A stretch of 63,341 bases of DNA, the filler included, from Craspedostauros australis (taxonomy: Eukaryota), in NCBI GenBank assembly GCA_030167865.1. It is 6 parts of 6 records of this genome, joined end to end, with 100 filler letters (N's around TTAATTAATTAA, not from the genome) between each part and the next. Parts side by side here need not be neighbours in the genome. Positions count along the whole stretch, not along the records: positions 6,002 to 23,902 come from JALAGF010001927.1; positions 24,003 to 40,612 come from JALAGF010001928.1; 4 more parts are not named here. The stretch is one strand, 5' to 3'. The notes below the pieces were generated by a model, which searched no databases, was not told the origin of the DNA, and saw only the letters and a program-made list of their open reading frames with translations. How positions within the stretch are numbered: the stretch's first letter is position 1; every line of letters begins with the position of its first letter. A program made the translations under genes and the position numbers. Shown here in pieces: positions 11,834 to 24,669 of this stretch.

Positions 11834-13320
11834 TGACCGTGCCACGGAGAGCTCTCAAGTCGTTCGCTTGGTCGAGTAACTCGCATTGCGAGCAAAGTAT
11901 TATGCTCGAAAGCGGTGGGATGGCGAGATGTGTAGGTATGGTACGAACTACGGATGGAGCGATCGTGACGGGCGCTGCTCTCCTCTGCAGCTGCGGCTCT
12001 TTTACTACTTCGATGGGTCGGTTTGTGCACCCGCCAGCAGAGCAGCACGATCGGCCAATCACCCTCGCACACATCTCACGAACAAAACTTGCACAGGAAA
12101 GAACCCAACCGAACACAAGATTGCAATGCTTGGCCCTATTTGCACGCGATTCTACGCGCTTGAGAGCATGGATGCAATGCCATCTCGTCTGAATACGAGC
12201 AGGCCATTGATGCGTATTGTATAATACTTGGGGCCAACCTACGCACGTACGTACACAGGGGATAATACTCTGCATACTATACATACTCTGCATACATACT
12301 CACTCTGCCCCACGCACGATCCGCTCTCGGCTTCATACCACAGTCTTGGGTGGGCTGGGCTATGATCACGGCTGCGAATGGCAACGGAACTTGAGGCATC
12401 TCCACCCCTTATGACTCGGCCAAGGCCGATTCAGTCCAACCCGCTTCTTCACTCCTGAACGCCAATGATGACCGACCAAAGCACGCGATTGATCTGTCTT
12501 GTCGCTGACATAGCTCGTATTCATGCAACATCATGGACTCAAGCTTCAAGCAGGTCGTGCTTCGTCACATGTGATGCCGCACGAAGAGGAGCGGAGTAGC
12601 GTTAGATTGGAAAGCTCGTACGCCCAACACATGCTCGAACGAGCGGAGTTGCATAATAGTAAATATTAGAATATATGTGCAGAGTAATAGGTATGCCAAT
12701 GATCGCAGATTGTGACTTTACCACACCAACTAATCGGATGGAGATTGGCCTTGTGTTGAATCCATCAGCGCGAGTCTGCGTCATCGGTGATGCGCGAATG
12801 GATGGGGATGTGATGGTGTCTCGTTGGAGAATGCCACAAAAAGGTATCTTTTGGTGTCTCCGAGCCGTCTGTCTGTGCGTCCCTCTCTCCCAAACGAATC
12901 TTCGTTGTTTCCAACGACCCAATCTGATTGTGTGGTTTTTTGGTTGGTGGTGATGTCAGAATTGGTGGTGTGATGTGAGGCACATCAAAATGATCCTTCC
13001 CAAAGCGGATCCCTGGGACGCACGGTCTTTGCATCGCAAAGCCATCTCCTGCGAGCGACACGGCACCATCGCCGCACTATCGAACAGCAATAGGACTACG
13101 GATACATCGTATAACGGAGTGCCGTATTTATTCTATTCTATTCTGGAGAGAGTGGTACAAGGGTCAAGACTCGAATCGTACGCTGCGGATACATCCGTGC
13201 CTACTGGTACTCTTGCGTATTGCAAGTACGAGTACCCGTAGTACTCTCTACTCTTGGTGTCATCTCTCCACAGAAGCAGCAGCAGCAGCAACAGCAGCGG
13301 CAGCAGCAGCGGCAACAGCC

Positions 13321-14148
13321 ATGGACGAACAACGACCACCGCCTCCTGACGATGAATACGACCTCGAGCAGGACGAGACGGAGGACGAGAAGCATTTCAA
13401 ATCCATCTGGGATGACTGTGGCGTCGAGACCGGAATCGAGATTACGTGGCCAGGCACCACGTTCCCGCTCCACGTATCCACCATCCTGGAGGAGGACGAT
13501 CTGGCCCCGCTCTTCCATGGCACGCAGTGGGCCGGAACGCGGGTCTGGCGAGCTGGGATCGTCGCCATTCGCTACGTGCACGACAACATCCTCAAGCCAG
13601 AGTCGGGGGAGGATTTCTTTGCCGTTGACCGCGAGCGACGGTTGCTGGAGCTGGGATGCGGTCTTGGCGTGCCTGGGATGGTGCTGCACCAGCTGCATCC
13701 GCAGCTGGAGGTTCTGCTGACCGACATGGGCACGTTGCTGACGCAGCTCAAGCAGAATCTGGTCAGGAACTTCGCGGATGATACGAAGATCACAGCGGGC
13801 GATCTGTCATGGTCCAAGGAAGGGCTGCAGGAGCTCATCGAATCCACGGAGTCCAAGTCTTCCAAGTGGGACGTCTCCTTGAATTGCGACTGTGTGTACG
13901 AACCGTTGTACGGCGAAGAATCCTGGAAGGCGCTGGCGGACACCATGAGCGAGCTCGCGCGGCTCAACCCAGCTTGCATCCACATCACGAGCGTGGAACG
14001 CCGCAATGCAGATGCCGTCGAAGGCTTCCTCGCTCGCGTTGAGTCATCGCCTTATATTTCCAAGATCGAGAAGGCGCTTGTGGACGAGGAAGACAAGCAC
14101 CATAAGATTGAAGTCTACATCGCCTACGGCACCGCAGGGACGAAATGA
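13321..14148 (+). CDS. METTL21/Methyltransf_16-family protein-lysine methyltransferase
   Basis: WAGTRVWRAG, motif I LLELGCGLGVPG, post-I VLLTD, LSW and the DCVY (DxxY) signature. Confidence 0.9.
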   Translation: MDEQRPPPPDDEYDLEQDETEDEKHFKSIWDDCGVETGIEITWPGTTFPLHVSTILEEDDLAPLFHGTQWAGTRVWRAGIVAIRYVHDNILKPESGEDFFAVDRERRLLELGCGLGVPGMVLHQLHPQLEVLLTDMGTLLTQLKQNLVRNFADDTKITAGDLSWSKEGLQELIESTESKSSKWDVSLNCDCVYEPLYGEESWKALADTMSELARLNPACIHITSVERRNADAVEGFLARVESSPYISKIEKALVDEEDKHHKIEVYIAYGTAGTK

Positions 14149-17100
14149 TCGAATCAATGACGGCCGCGTACCACGCAGTATGCTTAACGTACGCATCGTG
14201 GGCGTGGGAGAGACTAATATATAATATATGCGAGTACGAACGAGTGCCTACAAGTACACCAGTCTTGTAATCGTACGGAGATGGCGCCGCTCCATAACTG
14301 TGAACCGCATAGGTCTATGCATGAATACATCCACGCATCCATGCCTGTTTGGATGGACGCATGATGCGTGGTTGGATGAATGAACAGCGGACTGAACTGA
14401 TGCGTGGCTCTTGGGTATTGCATGTCTGCATTTGTGGATCATTGTCATACTCAGAATAGTATGGTACAAAAAATGCATTCGCAAACGAGAGAACAGTGGC
14501 TCCGTGATCTATTTGCTCACAGCGGACGACGACCAACGCAGTGCTCTGATGCATCTGGACCAAGATGACGAGAGCGTATCGACTTCAATAATACTCAACG
14601 AGGGCCACGGAAACATGATTCTAACTCCCTGCGCGTGGCAGTTTTCGCAGTCCACTCCGCGTTGCGTACAACCAGCACTCTCGAGTCGAACATTTCCTCT
14701 TGCGGGCCATTGAAGATGGCCAGGGATCAAGTCGATGCACCTCAGTCGAAGGGTTGTTTGATTGTTCGTCCCATACTCGTATACTAGAGATCCCAAGACT
14801 CACACGCTACCCATGCACTCACATGTGTTCATGCCATACATACTCGTGCGAGCGAGAGTGCAATAATTCTCCTCCCATCTCGATGGGGCCGCCTTGGTCC
14901 TTGCTCATTTGCATCCCTGAATTGAGGTGGGGTCGGGTCGGATTGGAGAGGAAGGGACGAGCTTCGCAGGACTGGCTGAAATGATGTCAGGGACACCCTC
15001 ATTTATCTCTAGATTAGATTCAGCACTGTACATGAAAGTATGTCGACAGACGGAGTACGGACGGACTGTTCGTATGTCGTTTATATCATGATCATCGAAG
15101 CGCAAAGAACACACAATACCCTCTCCCCAAGACTAAAGTTCGCCGAAAATGACTGGTTGGCGCCCTTCCTTGGGGATAACGTAATCCAACGTCATGCTTG
15201 TCACGGCGTTGACATCACCCACGTCATTTCTATTTCCGAAACAGAAGGCGATGCCGGCTCCTCGTCCACATGGATGTCAGAATTGCCGCAAGTCCGCCCA
15301 GCTTCTCTGTGTCCACAGAAATCAGCGAAAGCGGATGGAAACCATCATTCGTGGCCGGCCACGCTGGGTGTGGCACAATCGCAGTACTATTCGCACCGGC
15401 GCTCTGTTGTCATCCCGAAAAGCGCCAGGAACTCCAACCAGTAACCGTCCACAACGGTAAGTTTTTTGACGCTTTCACTCCGCATCGCCTTTCGCCACGC
15501 GGTTCGGTGGCACTAGCTTCGCGCGGGAATTCTAATCCCAGGAATAGAACGTGGGACAGTTCGCACAAAGGTGACTCTCTTCGACTAAAGAGTTAGCAAT
15601 GAATTCTGGCGAATAGAGCACATACCTGCGGAGTCCTTTCCTCTGCTTTATCGCGCTGGTGCTCGATTGGATTTGTTGTGGTGTGCATCTTCGCCCTGTC
15701 ACGTTCGGAACTGCTTCCATTGACCGGTTGGCGTGATTCAGTTTTGGCTCCTTTGTCTCCTCATCTCTTTGTCGAGCTGCGCTGGTCTGCTCCTCCCAAT
15801 AGAACTGCTTGAGCTTCTTGAAGAGTGCCCAATCCTTTTAGCACTTCGTCAGGTCATGCCACTGCCGCGCATTTCGGTGATTCTGGCTGTTGCTGTGCCT
15901 TCTTGGACTCTGCCCCTGTCGATGCGGTGTGATCGATTGATTGGTCCGTGGGTGGTGCTACCATGGTGGGGGGTGCCATTGGTGTCATTGTTTCTGTCTC
16001 GTGCGCACGGCACAAATCCATTGGAGTGTGTCTGCGCTCTTCAACACCTCAGATGACGGCGATCCCATCATCTGACGAAAACTACAAAGAAGTCCACGGA
16101 ATGGACGAATCGGAACAACGCACAACGCAGCATGTGTGGAGGGTCTCGCAATCACGATGCGATGGATGTGGTCGGAATTGATTGGCGGAGGCGCTGTCTC
16201 AGTTTCGGTCCATCCGTCACAAATTGTGACACCTGTTGACACTGGTTGTCAATCAACACCCACAAGAACATGGCAGGCGGCAACTTCGTCTGTCCGTGCG
16301 TGTGTAGTTCGCAAGCTGGGAGCCATCATCCTCACTTGTTGCCGAACAATCCACGGATCAACCAGCTCCTGCTTGGAAGTCCGTTTCCGAGGTGATGTTC
16401 CCCACTCCACTCCATCGCCTCCTTTGTCGGTTGGAAGACAAAGGAAGACAAAGCTCAGCGCGACACTGGTTGTGTACGATAACCCCCTATTATATGCGGG
16501 CTGGATAGAGCGCGCCTGCCAGGAGTCGTATGTTGGCTCCTCACCTCCTCGCCCTGATCTGCAAGACCAGAGAGGGACGCAAGTGTGTTGGAAGTACCTT
16601 GAACCGATTCCTCCACGTTAGTGTCGCCTTCATCGACCCATCCATGGACCATGGCTACGCAGGAATAACTGGAGAGAATTGCTCGATCCAGCTGATGGCT
16701 GCGTTGTATCTTCATTGGTTGTGTTGCAACGTGCTTGTCCAGCCACTCGCACGGGTGCGGCACGATCAGAACACTGAATCTCGTCTACCAATGCATACAG
16801 GGGAGAGTACGGCGTGATGTTGTACTTAGATTGGTACGGTACGATTATGGTATTATATTATAGTTGCTTGAATTACATCCACAGATTGCTTCTTTTGCTG
16901 CTGCTGTTGTTCTTGCTTGATGTGTTATATGATAGTGTGGACCACGGTTGTTGCATGTGGTTGGATTCATAACTTGACATGGTTTTGCCAAAGCAGAGCA
17001 GCGAAAGAAGCAACCGATAACGCGCCAACGAAGTGTTGGTGGGAGCAAACATCATTTGCATTTCTTGTCATAACATGGTTGACACATAAACAGTGAGTAA

Positions 17101-17338
17101 CACTTTGGACATTGTCGCTCTGAAAGACGGTTCGGGGTCGCGGCGTCGATGTGAAGGTGATGCACACCACGCTCCTGCACAACTCGTCGGAGTACGAAGC
17201 TGCGACACTGCGATACACACACATAGTTTTGATGTGATCGGAGGTTGTTGCTCACACAAATGAGCAGTCTCGATCCAATGCGATGCAAAACATCGCAATC
17301 CACTTGGGAGCGTTGACAGCCCAAACCTTCGATCCTCC

Positions 17339-18292
17339 TCAGTCTTCGATGATTGGAAGGAAAACACCCGATGGCAGGGACGCCATGGAATGGACGCAGT
17401 TCCGTTCGTTGATTCCGGCTCTGAACGCAGTGGTCATTCCATCGTGGGGTGATGGGAGCGATGGGAGGGCGCAGATGTCGTTGTCCATGAAACAGTCGAT
17501 GGAGGCGCCGTGGCCAACGAAGAAGCCGGTGCGTTCGTGCATGAAGGTAGGCGCTGAAGACTGGTTTGGCCACGGCAACGATGATGACGCTGTCTGCGTT
17601 CTGGGTGGCATGTTTGTGCATCGGGGACGCAAGTTGGGACGTGGAGGAGAGTCCGTGATTTGGCCGTATGCGCGAATCTGCCCGTGCTGTTGCTGCTGGT
17701 AGTGGCGGAGATAATGGAGGTTGAGCTCCTGCTCGGCCTGGAATAGGGACCTTGGCGATGACGCGGGTGAGGTGGGCATTCCCCGGAGTATGGATGCGTG
17801 CTGCTGCTGCTGCTGGAACGGATCTTCTTGGGTTAACTGAAGATCAGCATGGTGCGCGGAGTGTGTTGGTCGTGGTGTGATGCGGAAGCTGTAATTGTGA
17901 TTGTGATTGTAGTTGTAGTTGTGACCGTGACCGTAGCTGTTGTCGTTGTTGTTAGCAATCGCGGGATGCTGTGATTCCATTGCTGATGCTGTTGGAGGTG
18001 CAGAAGTAGTTGGGGATTGGTCGGGCGGCGCCGGGAGGAACGCAGCGGACGGAGTGAAGGCATCACTTGTGTTTCCATTCTCAGTTCTTACCGACAGACC
18101 TGAGCCATCATGGAGCGGTATCATGCCCCGCTGCTGTTGTTGCTGCTGCTGCTGTGTGTGGATTGGACTGCGATGAGCCATGGTTGGTGTTCCGAATTGT
18201 TGTTGTTGCTGCTGCTGTTGCTGTTGTGCTATGTTGGTTGCTGTGATTGTGAACGACCTTGGCGAGAGAGCATGTGATGGGAACTGTACCAT
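17339..18292 (-). CDS. Hypothetical poly-Q, largely disordered protein
   Basis: Long open frame with several poly-Q tracts; likely start MVQFPSH after a CA-rich leader. Confidence 0.6.
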   Translation of the reverse strand: MVQFPSHALSPRSFTITATNIAQQQQQQQQQQFGTPTMAHRSPIHTQQQQQQQQRGMIPLHDGSGLSVRTENGNTSDAFTPSAAFLPAPPDQSPTTSAPPTASAMESQHPAIANNNDNSYGHGHNYNYNHNHNYSFRITPRPTHSAHHADLQLTQEDPFQQQQQHASILRGMPTSPASSPRSLFQAEQELNLHYLRHYQQQQHGQIRAYGQITDSPPRPNLRPRCTNMPPRTQTASSSLPWPNQSSAPTFMHERTGFFVGHGASIDCFMDNDICALPSLPSPHDGMTTAFRAGINERNCVHSMASLPSGVFLPIIED

Positions 18293-20558
18293 GGTTCCGA
18301 TTGCGAGGACGATGGTGGCGATGTTATGATTGGTGTGAGTTTTTGGTTTCGGTTTCGTTTTCTCCTGTTGCCTTGTTGTTTGTGATAACGTTTGTGCGTG
18401 TTCTTCGAGGAAGTATGAGCGTTGGAATTGCGATTGTGATTGTGCACATGTGATTGTGCACATATTTGTATGGGCTGAATGTCGCTTCCCGTGTTGTTCC
18501 ACGTTGACGGCGACGACCCCGTGGATGATGGCAAAAATTGGGGGTTGTTTGGTGTGTGTTGGGGATTGCGAAGACAAAGCTCCTTCGCTGTCGCGCCGCA
18601 GAGTTTTTGGTCTATTGTGGTTATCGGCTCAGGCGCCCCAGCGCAGCAATGGCGTTCCTCAGCCTCCTGGTGGATTGGAGGTGTGTCACATAGACACGAG
18701 AAGGGGATGACTGCCGTGTGTTCCGTGTCTTGGGGAAGAATACCCGTTTCTTTGTTAAATCCTCCCCAGTGATGACTTCTCTGCTGCCACCCACATCACA
18801 TCCTCTCTGGTGACGGTAGATGATCCGGAGTTCCGTTCGTTCGCATTCGTCGTTGGCGGCCCTTTTCTGACACGTTGATGGCAGAACCGTTAACGAGGTA
18901 ACATAAAAGCAACCAAAGTGTTCCCCCTCTTCTTAATAAGTCTAACGGTCGCGTATCACAATGCAAATATTATGAGAAGTGGTTGCAACATCGCGCAACC
19001 ACCCAATTTTCTACATTCCGGAATGTGGGGATTGTTCGTGGTTATCCTGGGCGATTTTGTTCAGCCAGCGGATCACGAACGCCCTGTTCGTCATCATTCT
19101 GCCACCGCCGTCTCTGTCTGGCCACCACCAATGACGAGAGCGGGAAGCTGCCACAGGGTGGCATGTCAGAAGAGTCACAGCAACATGCTCGTAATTGGAG
19201 CGCAGAGTACTCGTGCCATCCCCTGCTAAGTATACTCCTCACCAAAGCGCCACGCCAGTGTCCCACTCGAATGCACGTGCTCGTGCGTTGCTTTGCAATT
19301 ACGTGCATTCTTGTCCTCGCAATGCTATTCAAGCAGCGGCCTGGCGCTCTTCCGGTTTGGATGCTTCTGCTGCGTCCTCTGCCAACGCAGATCAGGATGG
19401 TACTTATGTGCCATACTCACAGGTATGCCTGCTCTCCGGTCGAGTCGCAATAGCTGACTCGTGTGTATGCATCTGTGAGATGCAAATGATGCAAACATCA
19501 GGCATGCCAATCACCTGACCTGGGCTATGCTCTTTACCGACTCTGCTCGTGCATCATGTTTTGAATCCGGACATTTCGCACCATCAAATCGCAACAGACG
19601 TGATTGAGATGCCTCTCCACATCAAAGGGAATTTTGAATCCGATTAAACATCGACATCCCAAGACAGCACGGACACCAAGATGGCATTGGGTTTCGCGGT
19701 TCTCTGCTCTTTCTTTCATGCGCTGCGCTGGATGCCGATAATGCAACAATCGACATTCCGGTACGTCCAAAGGGTTCACTGGATGCCTCTTCGTGTACGT
19801 CATACTCGGAGGTATGTGCTTGCGAGCAGCACGGGATGCTGCCATGGTTCGTCCCAGTGTCAGCATGGTGACGTAGAATACCTGTGCTCCACTCGTCATT
19901 GACTGTGAAGCTTCTCCCTCGACGTCAACAAGGATGCAAGATGTTCCGTCATCGGTGACTTCCGAGCTATTGCCACGAATTGCTCTTCAGGTGTACGTGC
20001 ATCCCTCTCCCATGTGGTTCGTATGGTATCATTACAATTCGCACGGTCCACCCGATGTTTGTGCAATTGTGCTCGAATTGTACCTCGAACGTAATGTACT
20101 CGGATTGATAGCGGGCGGGAGTATTTGCGTCTTCATGTCGAGCAAAAGAGAGCGAGAGAGAATTCCATCAGGCAGATAACGCACAACTGTTCTGAGTGAC
20201 CTTCATTTTTTGTCGTCAGGTACCATGCTCGTAGAGGAAGTACAATGGCTGTCATAATCGTGCAATGGATGCAAGCCTCATCACGATGATTCGGCAGCAT
20301 TCGTCTACGGATACTCGGGGCATGTTGATACTCTTTCGAGGTCACCTTTACCTGGAAAGAAGAGGGAGAGTGAGAGCAACGGCAGATCCTCATGTTCGAT
20401 GTTCCATGTTCCATGTCCCATGTTCCATGTCCCGTCAATCATTCTCTCCTCTCGTGCCTCGTGTCTGGTTGTTTGAGGTGATATTCTCAATGGCGCAGGA
20501 CAGCTGAACCCAGGCAATCCAACGCCTCTCGTCTCCCACCTCCCTCACCCTCACATAC

Positions 20559-21974
20559 TCACAATGGATTCGCAACCTCCATGCCTCCAGCTTTCATGGC
20601 CTCCATCGTCGTGTCCCAAGCATCATACAAACCCGGCGTGAAAGCGAAACTATCTTTCAGGATGTGCCACAACGTGAAGGAATCCTCTTCGAAAATGTGT
20701 GCCGCTCTGCGCCCGTGCTCATTGTCATGATCATCGCGAATCGGTGCAATGGAAAGCAGATCCACGGTCATGGCGCTGTTCCACGGCGCGGCATCCATGG
20801 AATCTGCAGACAACCCCATCATGAGTGGCAACGGTGGCGCGTGCGCTGAGGATGTCTGTCGCAACCACGACGCCGAAGTGGACTCGATGAGATGCGCCAA
20901 TTCGGCAACGTCGACGCGCTTGCGCTGGACGTTGTCTTGCGTGCTTGCGGACGACGTTGCTTGCGCCAACTCGCGCATCTCCATCCACAGCATGGGAACA
21001 AGGAAGCAGTTGGGATTCCAGCGTTGCGCTCCTCCCTTCGCATCGTCGATGACGGCCGGCCGAGGATGTTGCGCGGTCGTCTCGTTTTCTGTTGTCGAAT
21101 CGGTGGAGTGATCAGCGCCGACCTCGCCGAATAGCCATGCCGCGGGCTGTTGCAAACCATCGGCAGAAGGAGCACGACGCGCCACGAACGATCGCATCGC
21201 CGCCAAAGGCAATTGGGAGTCTCCGCTTTCTGCAACAGTCGGACCGTTATCCCGCGACTGCGATTGCAAGATGGAAGAGATCGTGCAGATCATCTGCCGG
21301 CATAAATCGTCATGCCGGTTGAGTAGCGCCATCAGCAGTAGCGTGCATTCCAGTGCCCCCGGCCATGTGGGATCTCGTGCCACGATGTCGTAATACGCCA
21401 GGAGAGCAGCTCTGTATATCGTGTAGCCGCGCTCCACCGTGTCGGTGGACCTATGTGCCATCTGAAGTATGACGTGCGCCATTTCATGCTGCCTTGCCAG
21501 ATACACCACCGTGTCGCGCTCTGGATGCGACGTGGAACATGCGCCGTTCCTCTGATGAAGCTTAGCTTGCCCCTCCTCCTCTTCGATCACGGATTCCGAA
21601 AACTCGGATCGCAACGCAGCGATCCTTCGGCAAAACAGTTTGTGCAACTTGAAGTTATCTTTTTGGCATGCTCTGGAGCAGTAGAACACGATCTTGCATC
21701 TGGAACAGCGCGACATGGTCTTGCGAGGTGTTGTTGTTGCATTCTGTGCTATGCAGCCCGCAGCCATGACGATGCCGCCATCCTCCCCATCGCGAGACCG
21801 GGATGCGTCGGCGGATGATGGGGAAGCAGTTGGAACATCGTCACTGCCATCGTCATCCTGATCTGCGTCCGATGATTCTCGGCAGTGGACGCAGTAGACC
21901 GTTCCTGCTTCTCCGAGACGCTCTTCCAGACTCTGCTGCGGCGCCACTGACGATGACTGCGATAATGGTTCCAT
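20559..21974 (-). CDS. MYND-type zinc-finger protein
   Basis: CVHC...(insert)...CSRCKIVFYCSRACQKDNFKLHKLFC, followed by a helical region. Confidence 0.85.
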   Translation of the reverse strand: MEPLSQSSSVAPQQSLEERLGEAGTVYCVHCRESSDADQDDDGSDDVPTASPSSADASRSRDGEDGGIVMAAGCIAQNATTTPRKTMSRCSRCKIVFYCSRACQKDNFKLHKLFCRRIAALRSEFSESVIEEEEGQAKLHQRNGACSTSHPERDTVVYLARQHEMAHVILQMAHRSTDTVERGYTIYRAALLAYYDIVARDPTWPGALECTLLLMALLNRHDDLCRQMICTISSILQSQSRDNGPTVAESGDSQLPLAAMRSFVARRAPSADGLQQPAAWLFGEVGADHSTDSTTENETTAQHPRPAVIDDAKGGAQRWNPNCFLVPMLWMEMRELAQATSSASTQDNVQRKRVDVAELAHLIESTSASWLRQTSSAHAPPLPLMMGLSADSMDAAPWNSAMTVDLLSIAPIRDDHDNEHGRRAAHIFEEDSFTLWHILKDSFAFTPGLYDAWDTTMEAMKAGGMEVANPL

Positions 21975-22303
21975 GATGATGCACGGGAAGGTTTGGATTC
22001 AACGGCGGACAGCAGGATGAGGTCGCGATTGTTGTGGTGGCTGTGGACCGTTGGTGTGGTTGAGTAGTCCGGAATTGTTTTCGAGAAACGTCTCGGTGGG
22101 AGTTTCGTTGATGGTTCTCTTTCTTCTTTCTGCTAGCAGCTGTCTATCTGTATGAAGCTAGATAATGTATGATCGTATTTTTGCGCGGACACACCAGGCA
22201 AGATACTCGCCACGATGCTGCAGCGCAGAGTTGGGTTCATCTGGTCAACTCTGCATACTCTATTGACATTGGATTGAACAAGGAAGCTACTGCAGATTGA
22301 TCT

Positions 22304-23902
22304 CTACACCCCGAAGCGACCGATGCCTTCTTCCCGCTCGGCCTTGGAGGTGCGCCGACCTTCGTACGATCTGCGCCATTCCGACAGCTCCTCCACGTCG
22401 TGGATCACGTCCTTCGCATCCTCTGCCAATGCCCAGCCGTAGTCATGTCGGATCCAATGTTCCTCCAACGCATCGCGGAACTCCTCGACGACGCCGAACT
22501 TGCCATCGGGATCGGCACCGGCGGACCAATTCACGTGGTAGTCCTCCAACGTCAGCACGTCCATCTTGGTGTACCAATCATCCATCAGCACCGGAATGCC
22601 CGTTCTCGTCACTTGCACGACTTGCGTCATCACCAGCGCCATCAATTCATCGTGCAGTTGTTGTGTTGACCGCAGCACTGTTGCCATCGAGATCATGTCT
22701 TGTGCCTCCTTTTCCGAGATGCTGGGTGGTGTGTCTGTTGCATTGGCTGTGGTTGCATGTTGCACTGTTGTTGCATGCGCTTGAGTTTGCATTTGCGGGA
22801 TCGTACTGCTTGCAGATGTATTTGATGCTGTGATTGCGGTCCCGTCAACCATTGCAAGCTCAATTGCAGTTGCGCCGTTCGCAGACGAGGAAAGAGATTC
22901 TAGCTTGTCTTTCAACTCATCCAGCTTGGGCACCTCTGTCCGATCAAATGAATGAAATTGCAGATCTTCAAAGGGGAGCGATCCTTGTGGTTGTCGGAGC
23001 AACGGCGTGCTCCTGGTTGCGTCCGCACTCGAAGCAGATGCTTCGGCATGGAAGAGCTCCCATCTCCACGCAATGTCATCGAAGGAAGGTTCTCGGTACA
23101 CGTGTCCCCATCGCTTGCTGATGTACGTGATCAAGCGGACCATGTACTTCAACGATATCCGCGGCCGTCGCGTTTGTTGTTGCTGCTGCTGTTGTTGCTG
23201 CGGATTTTCCACCTTCTGCTTCTTTGTCGGATTGTCCTTTCCCACACAACTGTTGTTGTTGGTGTTGTCAATGTTGTTTCTTTCGTTGTTCGTGTGATCA
23301 CCGGCGAGCTTCCTTTTCCCAAGCGCCAACAGCGGCACATCCTCCTCCTCCACCTCATCATCACCGTCCTCGTCATCATCAATACCTTTGTTGGATCCAT
23401 TCGTGGTCTTCCCGTTGTCGACTATCTTCTCTCTTTCATCGCCATGCACACCAGCTTGACCCGCACCGTCACCAATGCCATCGTTCAAACCATCCACCTC
23501 GCCGGCAGGACCCTGCGGCATTGTCTTCAGATCGTCTTCATCCACCGGGAATTCACGTTGCAGATCCAGCATCGCGGACAGCAACATCGACGACAACGTT
23601 GGTGCGAACACTGCCATGCGACATTCCTTGACCTGGATCTCCTCCATGCGCGCAACGAACCTGGCTTCCTGCTCTTGCAGGGCCTTCGTTCGCATCAATC
23701 GATCGAACCGTTCCTTGTACGCCGTTCCAACAGCACCAAGGCTCTTCACTTCGGCCTTGGTGAGCTTGGATTTGCTGGCTGCATGAGGGATGTTGAAGAT
23801 GTCCATCAGTTCCTCCTTGGAGATGCGCTTCTTCAGATTGTCGTACAGCATGCATCTCTCATCATGGACGTAGCTGTGATCAAGCCGACCACATCGACAA
23901 CC
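22304..23902 (-). CDS. Hypothetical protein, 5'-partial (open to contig end)
   Basis: The frame stays open upstream of the listed ATG (GCRCGRLDHSYVHDERCMLY...). More than 530 codons, with globular-looking W-rich segments. Confidence 0.75.
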   Translation of the reverse strand, partial: GCRCGRLDHSYVHDERCMLYDNLKKRISKEELMDIFNIPHAASKSKLTKAEVKSLGAVGTAYKERFDRLMRTKALQEQEARFVARMEEIQVKECRMAVFAPTLSSMLLSAMLDLQREFPVDEDDLKTMPQGPAGEVDGLNDGIGDGAGQAGVHGDEREKIVDNGKTTNGSNKGIDDDEDGDDEVEEEDVPLLALGKRKLAGDHTNNERNNIDNTNNNSCVGKDNPTKKQKVENPQQQQQQQQQTRRPRISLKYMVRLITYISKRWGHVYREPSFDDIAWRWELFHAEASASSADATRSTPLLRQPQGSLPFEDLQFHSFDRTEVPKLDELKDKLESLSSSANGATAIELAMVDGTAITASNTSASSTIPQMQTQAHATTVQHATTANATDTPPSISEKEAQDMISMATVLRSTQQLHDELMALVMTQVVQVTRTGIPVLMDDWYTKMDVLTLEDYHVNWSAGADPDGKFGVVEEFRDALEEHWIRHDYGWALAEDAKDVIHDVEELSEWRRSYEGRRTSKAEREEGIGRFGV

Positions 23903-24002
23903 NNNNNNNNNNNNNNNNNNNNNNNNNNNNNNNNNNNNNNNNNNNNTTAATTAATTAANNNNNNNNNNNNNNNNNNNNNNNNNNNNNNNNNNNNNNNNNN
24001 NN
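23903..24002. other. Artificial contig-joining spacer
   Basis: N44-TTAATTAATTAA-N44. Confidence 0.97.
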
Positions 24003-24374
24003 TGCGCAGATTGTGAAAATGCCAGGGATGATAATGATGATCATGGGTGCTGAAGGTAGGGCAGCATGGTGCCATCGAGAATTTTTTGCACCCACCACCT
24101 GACAGACAGCAAGCCAAAACGACATTAAAAATAAAGTTCATACAAATTTAACTAAGATATTCAGAATAAACGATAGCCAAGCGTCCGAATGAACTGTCTA
24201 GTTTTAATTTTAAATGGTGCGTTGTTGAGATATAACATCATAAGCAGTTGTTTGGATGGTTTTNGGTGTGCTCTANTTTAGTCTACTTTATCACGACTCA
24301 TCACGAGTAAAACTCAAAAAACACTCCACAACTAGTGTTATCGTGAGTGCATCAACTGCGACCTGGAGGTCGTA
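24003..24374. mobile_element. End of repeated DNA-transposon-like element, copy C (most complete)
   Basis: AT-rich 372-bp sequence shared with copies A and B; ends ...GGAGGTCG-TA. Confidence 0.72.
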
Positions 24375-24669
24375 CTTTGAATAGAATACAGTGAAATAGA
24401 GCATTCTATTATACTTTCTATTCATCCTCATGCTCATAATCGCTATCGCTCGGCACTACATACAAGTCGGAAGCAATTCGCAACAGAAAGAATTCTCGTG
24501 CTGAAGCAGAGTCAGAAAGAGAGCAGAGTACTCTACTCTACTATCCTCCACTCAACTGTACTCTACCATACAGTGAGATCCAACCAGCGAAGGGAAAGGA
24601 CGGAATTCGGAGGCAACGAGGTGTCTGAGACCACAACATAACGCTGGAGGCAACCGCAGCAAGAGCAAC

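Noticed and set aside
12460..12512. C/D-box snoRNA (ATGATGA...CTGA)
   Set aside because: Boxes only ~40 nt apart, no terminal stem and no recognisable rRNA guide.
24330..24374. Helitron 3' end (hairpin + CTAG)
   Set aside because: The CTAG lies upstream of the hairpin, and the shared boundary is at TA rather than CTRR-T.
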